From positions 1 through 35,965 of the forward strand of contig MRSU01010037.1 of the NCBI GenBank assembly GCA_008369845.1: 35,965 nucleotides of DNA, read 5' to 3'. Source of the stretch: Trichomonas gallinae. Its lineage: Eukaryota. Of the stretch, positions 32,143-35,965 are shown one piece after another. The notes under the pieces are model-generated. The model was not told the origin of the DNA. It saw nothing but the letters and a program-made list of their open reading frames with translations, and did not search any database. A program made the position numbers and the translations under genes. Within the stretch, counting starts at the first letter, position 1. Each line of letters opens with the position of its first letter.

Positions 32143-33133
32143 ACTTTTAATTTACCATATAATATGGAGTAATGAATAATATGCAAGTTTCTACACGGGT
32201 TATATAATAAAACATGATTTATATGATAGATTTTCACTGACAATATTATTGAAAATTTATCAAAATGATGATTGAGCAATATTTCTGATTGAAATGTGAT
32301 ATAAACATTAATTAATATTGATTTATCATATAAAAACTAAGTGTTACCAATCCTTGAAAGAAAATTGATCGAAATTAAGACAAAATGCTAGATAAATTGT
32401 TCCTTTTCGATTATTTTATAAATGTTCTCATACTGAACCCATATTCCAATTGAAAGAGCCTATCATTATTAACGAAATTTTTTTGGAAATTTGCATAGTC
32501 ATCAATGTTTTTTTCGAAATATGATAATATTCCGTTTCACTATGAGATAACGAAATAATCAATAAGATGATAGAGGCAAATAAATGCTCAATTTACTTGG
32601 CCACAAAGTTGTCAAAATAAAATTGCAAAGTTCGTCGAGAAAAAAACACCCCCAATCATGTATACAACACATTTCTCCGCGAGAATGAAGTTGAAATAAT
32701 GAGGGCAATAATTATTAGCAAATAAACTGAATTAACGCCCAAAACCGATTTATATGACCCATTGTCATATCCTATGCATATATCACTAAATGGCAGGGTA
32801 AAATTTTGTTATCAAAAGTCTGTCCAAATTGAGAAGATGTAAAATTAACGTGCAGACAGCTAGTTTCGATTTTCGTATTGATTGCACTATAATAAACCCA
32901 GTATTAAAAACAAAATAGGCGCGCTCTCAAAAGTCATTATAATGTCATTATAATAAATGCATATAATTAAGCATAATATCACAACAAAATAATTTTCATT
33001 CAATATTTGAGAGAAAATACGTTAGGATGCAAAATGTTGATAAAAATCTTTATCATGAAGAGTTTAACTAATAAAACATTTATATTGAAAATGTTTACAA
33101 AATTTCAAAACTTATTCAATATTTTATTTAAAT

Positions 33134-34096
33134 ATGGAGAGGAAATTACCCGAGTTTGCTGGCAGCTACAAGATTGGTGCTGTCATTAGTCATGGTTCTT
33201 ATGCGACAATATGCACAGCTGAACATCCTAAAACGCATGAAATCGTTGCTGTTAAATTATACAACCGACATTTGATCCAAGAAATGGGATTGATGAAGTA
33301 TCTCGAACTGGAAGTCAGGTTATCTGAACGCCTGAAGCACAAATACTTACCAAAAATCTACGGAACAATTTACGATGAGAATTATGTTATGATCATTATG
33401 GAATATTTAACAAATGGAACACTGATTGATCTCCTTGAACGTGGAATTAACTTCCCATTCATGGACCGCATCAATGTTTGCTTCAAAATTCTCGAAGGAA
33501 TCAATTATTTACACGAAAAAGGCATAGCTCACAGAGATATCAAGCCCGAAAACATTGCATTTGATAAGAACCTCAACCCGAAGATCTTGGACTTAGGACT
33601 CTCAACAGAACAATCAGAACATCTCAGAACATTCTGTGGCACTCCAACATGCATGGCTCCCGAAGTTATACAAGGACACCCATACGATGGAATCAAAGCT
33701 GACATCTGGTCCTTCGGAGTAACAGTTCACATCATGATGACATTGAGTTTTCCTTACAACTTCACAAACGAGGCTAAATTTGTCAGGCAAATCAGGCATG
33801 GAAGCTTGGAAGTCAAAAATAGATGCTTCGGCTTAATGGGTCAGGTAATAGAAAAATGTTTGCAAGTTGACCCGAATAAGAGGCCGTCAGCCAAGGAACT
33901 CCTTGACCACATGAAGTTCCTCGTCAATGATATGTTCACACCTGTTGCAGCACAGGATTCTACACTTGAGCTGCCAAAATTGAAAATACCTGGAAAAGTT
34001 GAGAAAAACAACTGCCAGACAGGTAGAAAGCCAATCCCCCAGCTCATTGTTAAGATTACTCCTAACTTCAAGCTTCGTAGAGTTTGCAGTTTCTAA
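33134..34096 (+). CDS. CAMK-group Ser/Thr protein kinase
   Basis: VAVK, HRDIKPEN, DLG, TFCGTPTCMAPE, YDGIKADIWSFGV and DPNKRPSA motifs. Confidence 0.93.
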   Translation: MERKLPEFAGSYKIGAVISHGSYATICTAEHPKTHEIVAVKLYNRHLIQEMGLMKYLELEVRLSERLKHKYLPKIYGTIYDENYVMIIMEYLTNGTLIDLLERGINFPFMDRINVCFKILEGINYLHEKGIAHRDIKPENIAFDKNLNPKILDLGLSTEQSEHLRTFCGTPTCMAPEVIQGHPYDGIKADIWSFGVTVHIMMTLSFPYNFTNEAKFVRQIRHGSLEVKNRCFGLMGQVIEKCLQVDPNKRPSAKELLDHMKFLVNDMFTPVAAQDSTLELPKLKIPGKVEKNNCQTGRKPIPQLIVKITPNFKLRRVCSF

Positions 34097-34572
34097 TATT
34101 ATGTAATAAATATTATCTATCCATGTATTCTAATATGGCTGTCTATTTCTCTCTATTTCTTCTGTTTCTTATATCGTTATACCTGTTAATGCACGTTTAT
34201 ATGCGTTATTAACGTCATTTGTAACGAAAATTACAATAAAATTGCTTGAAATTGATAGAATCATTATATTCTAGTGCCAACTACCACTATTCTCTGTTAA
34301 TTCTCCATAAATATCAATTTTGATTTTTTTGCATATCAGAATTTTAATATAAAATATTATAAAAATTTTTGTGTTTTTCATTTATACAAATGCTAGCAAA
34401 AATCAAAATCATCAAATTCACTCTATTATTGATTGTAATGATAATTATCGGGGAATATTAAAATTATAGAGAGATAATTTATTTCAATATTTTATATTTT
34501 CCACAAAAATAAAAAAAAATGAATGGGAAATTAGGAAAAATCAGGTTGATTTCATTGTTTATTCAATGTAAA

Positions 34573-35568
34573 CTAGGTTTTGACCGTTTGATTGAATACG
34601 AATGTTCTTTCTTCATCTTGAAGCTTTGCAATGAGGAAATTCTCAAGTTTTTGGAGTGTGTCCTTTGCAGCAGACTTGAATTTAGCATTATCCTGGCGCT
34701 TCTTTTCCTGTGACTTCAATTCTGTTGGATTCTTCGTTGATTCTGTGGACATCTTCTTTGTCAAAAGCTTCTGTGGGGCTTGGATGATCTGAGCAGAGAC
34801 AACTTTCTGCTGCTGGGCGATTAAGTTATTATATTTGCCCCAGCACTTTGAAATCTCAGCTTCGAGGCGCTTTTCAAGTGTATCAAGATCAGTCTGAAGC
34901 TGGAGCTCAGCATTTTCGATCAATTTATCATATTTGTCGTTAACGAGTTGTGTTCTTCTCATTCTCTCGTTGTGTCCGACTTCATTAGCTTCAGCGAGAA
35001 CGAGTTTGGCTTCTTCGAACTCATCATTGAAGGCGTGCTTCCTTGCCTTGGCTTCTAAGGCTTGTTGCTGTCCGACTGTTCTTGTCTGTTCGAAAGCGAT
35101 GTCAATCTGCCTCTCGATCTCAATGCCTGTTACGTTCTCTTCGAAATCCTTCATTAACTTCTCGAATGTTTGCTGTTTCTTCTGGCGAATATCCATTTCT
35201 TCTGTAATTGCTTGATAACGCTTCTCCTTTTCGAACTGATCGTATCCTCTTAACAAGTCATCAACGATTCTGCAGAGCTCGTTCTTGAGAGTCTCAGCGA
35301 AATCTTTCGTTTGATCAACGTTGGAGCCGTTCATGTATTTCGTAATTCTTGCTGATTCGTCGAACTTCAAATCCTGGATTGCCTTCCTCTTCATCTCACG
35401 GAGCTTGTCTAACGACAATCCTTTAAGATCGTCATAGTTTTCTTCAGGCTGTGGCTGTGGTTGTAGGCTCTTTCTTCCTGTCCTGCTGCCGATAGATGAC
35501 GTGGATGCTCTGAGGTTGGAGTTTGTCGAGCTCCTCCTTGATGATGCCCTGGAACTTGTCGATGACAT
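34573..35568 (-). CDS. Hypothetical coiled-coil protein with Ser/Arg-rich N-terminus
   Basis: 331 aa, E/K/Q-rich helical sequence with coding-like GC; N-terminus MSSTSSRASSRRSS. Confidence 0.85.
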   Translation of the reverse strand: MSSTSSRASSRRSSTNSNLRASTSSIGSRTGRKSLQPQPQPEENYDDLKGLSLDKLREMKRKAIQDLKFDESARITKYMNGSNVDQTKDFAETLKNELCRIVDDLLRGYDQFEKEKRYQAITEEMDIRQKKQQTFEKLMKDFEENVTGIEIERQIDIAFEQTRTVGQQQALEAKARKHAFNDEFEEAKLVLAEANEVGHNERMRRTQLVNDKYDKLIENAELQLQTDLDTLEKRLEAEISKCWGKYNNLIAQQQKVVSAQIIQAPQKLLTKKMSTESTKNPTELKSQEKKRQDNAKFKSAAKDTLQKLENFLIAKLQDEERTFVFNQTVKT

Positions 35569-35965
35569 TTTTTAATGTAAACATTTTTTTGTAAAGTACG
35601 ATAATTTTTTCGTTATTTTTTTATTATCTCACTAAATATAGAGTTTTCAAAGCATATAAAAACGAAATGCACCAATTTTGTTCAGTAACGATTAATATTT
35701 CGAAATAAAATTTCAAAAATTCGATTTCTGGATCATTATAACTAGCCAATGTCATATCAATACCATACATATACTTTTTGCAATATTAAAAACACTAGTT
35801 ATTCATGTATAATCTTGTAAATTATTTGAACAAAAAATGACTAAAACGCTAACAGAAAGCTCTCATGCATGTATGCTTATACGTCCAAGGCTCGTGCCAT
35901 GCCAGCCAATAGTATGGTGAAGGCCCTCGCCATAGAATAACCTTTGGCGGAAAAATTAAGGTGAA

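Noticed and set aside
32933..32954. Tandem GTCATTATAAT x2
   Set aside because: A simple 11-bp slippage duplication in AT-rich DNA.
33580..33600. Kinase DLG in place of DFG, with a reduced Gly loop
   Set aside because: DLG is a common active variant and the catalytic Lys, HRD, Asn and Asp are intact, so not a pseudokinase.
1..35965. Alternative genetic code (stop reassignment) as an explanation for in-frame stops
   Set aside because: Long genes are open in the standard code and terminate with TAA, TAG and TGA.
1..35965. tRNA, rRNA, CRISPR array, intact transposase or prokaryotic operon
   Set aside because: No cloverleaf, regularly spaced repeats or DDE/integrase ORF seen; gene content is eukaryotic.

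Overview
AT-rich eukaryotic DNA with apparently intronless genes, most consistent with a trichomonad such as Trichomonas vaginalis. This is inferred from TCA-type initiator and AAAGTGAC/RRCSGTT promoter motifs near start codons and from the gene families present. There are about 14 protein genes: a bacterial-type thiol peroxidase (Tpx), a small trichomonad-family protein, a NOL9/Grc3 polynucleotide kinase, an ankyrin protein, a Pro-rich secreted protein, two large multi-TM PAS-cyclase proteins, condensin II CAP-D3, an R2R3 Myb, a Bap/Ig-like surface protein, a CAMK kinase and three hypotheticals. One cyclase is catalytically intact; the other has lost the canonical catalytic residues. The Bap-like gene has a stop at codon 6 of its probable signal peptide. 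No tRNA, rRNA, CRISPR array or intact transposase was recognised, and I cannot support a clearly new biological system. The best leads are the active/pseudo-cyclase pair, the interrupted Bap-like gene, a GC-rich structured segment at the right edge, a degenerate repeat at 24.2-24.7 kb and clustered inverted repeats at 2.0-3.4 kb.
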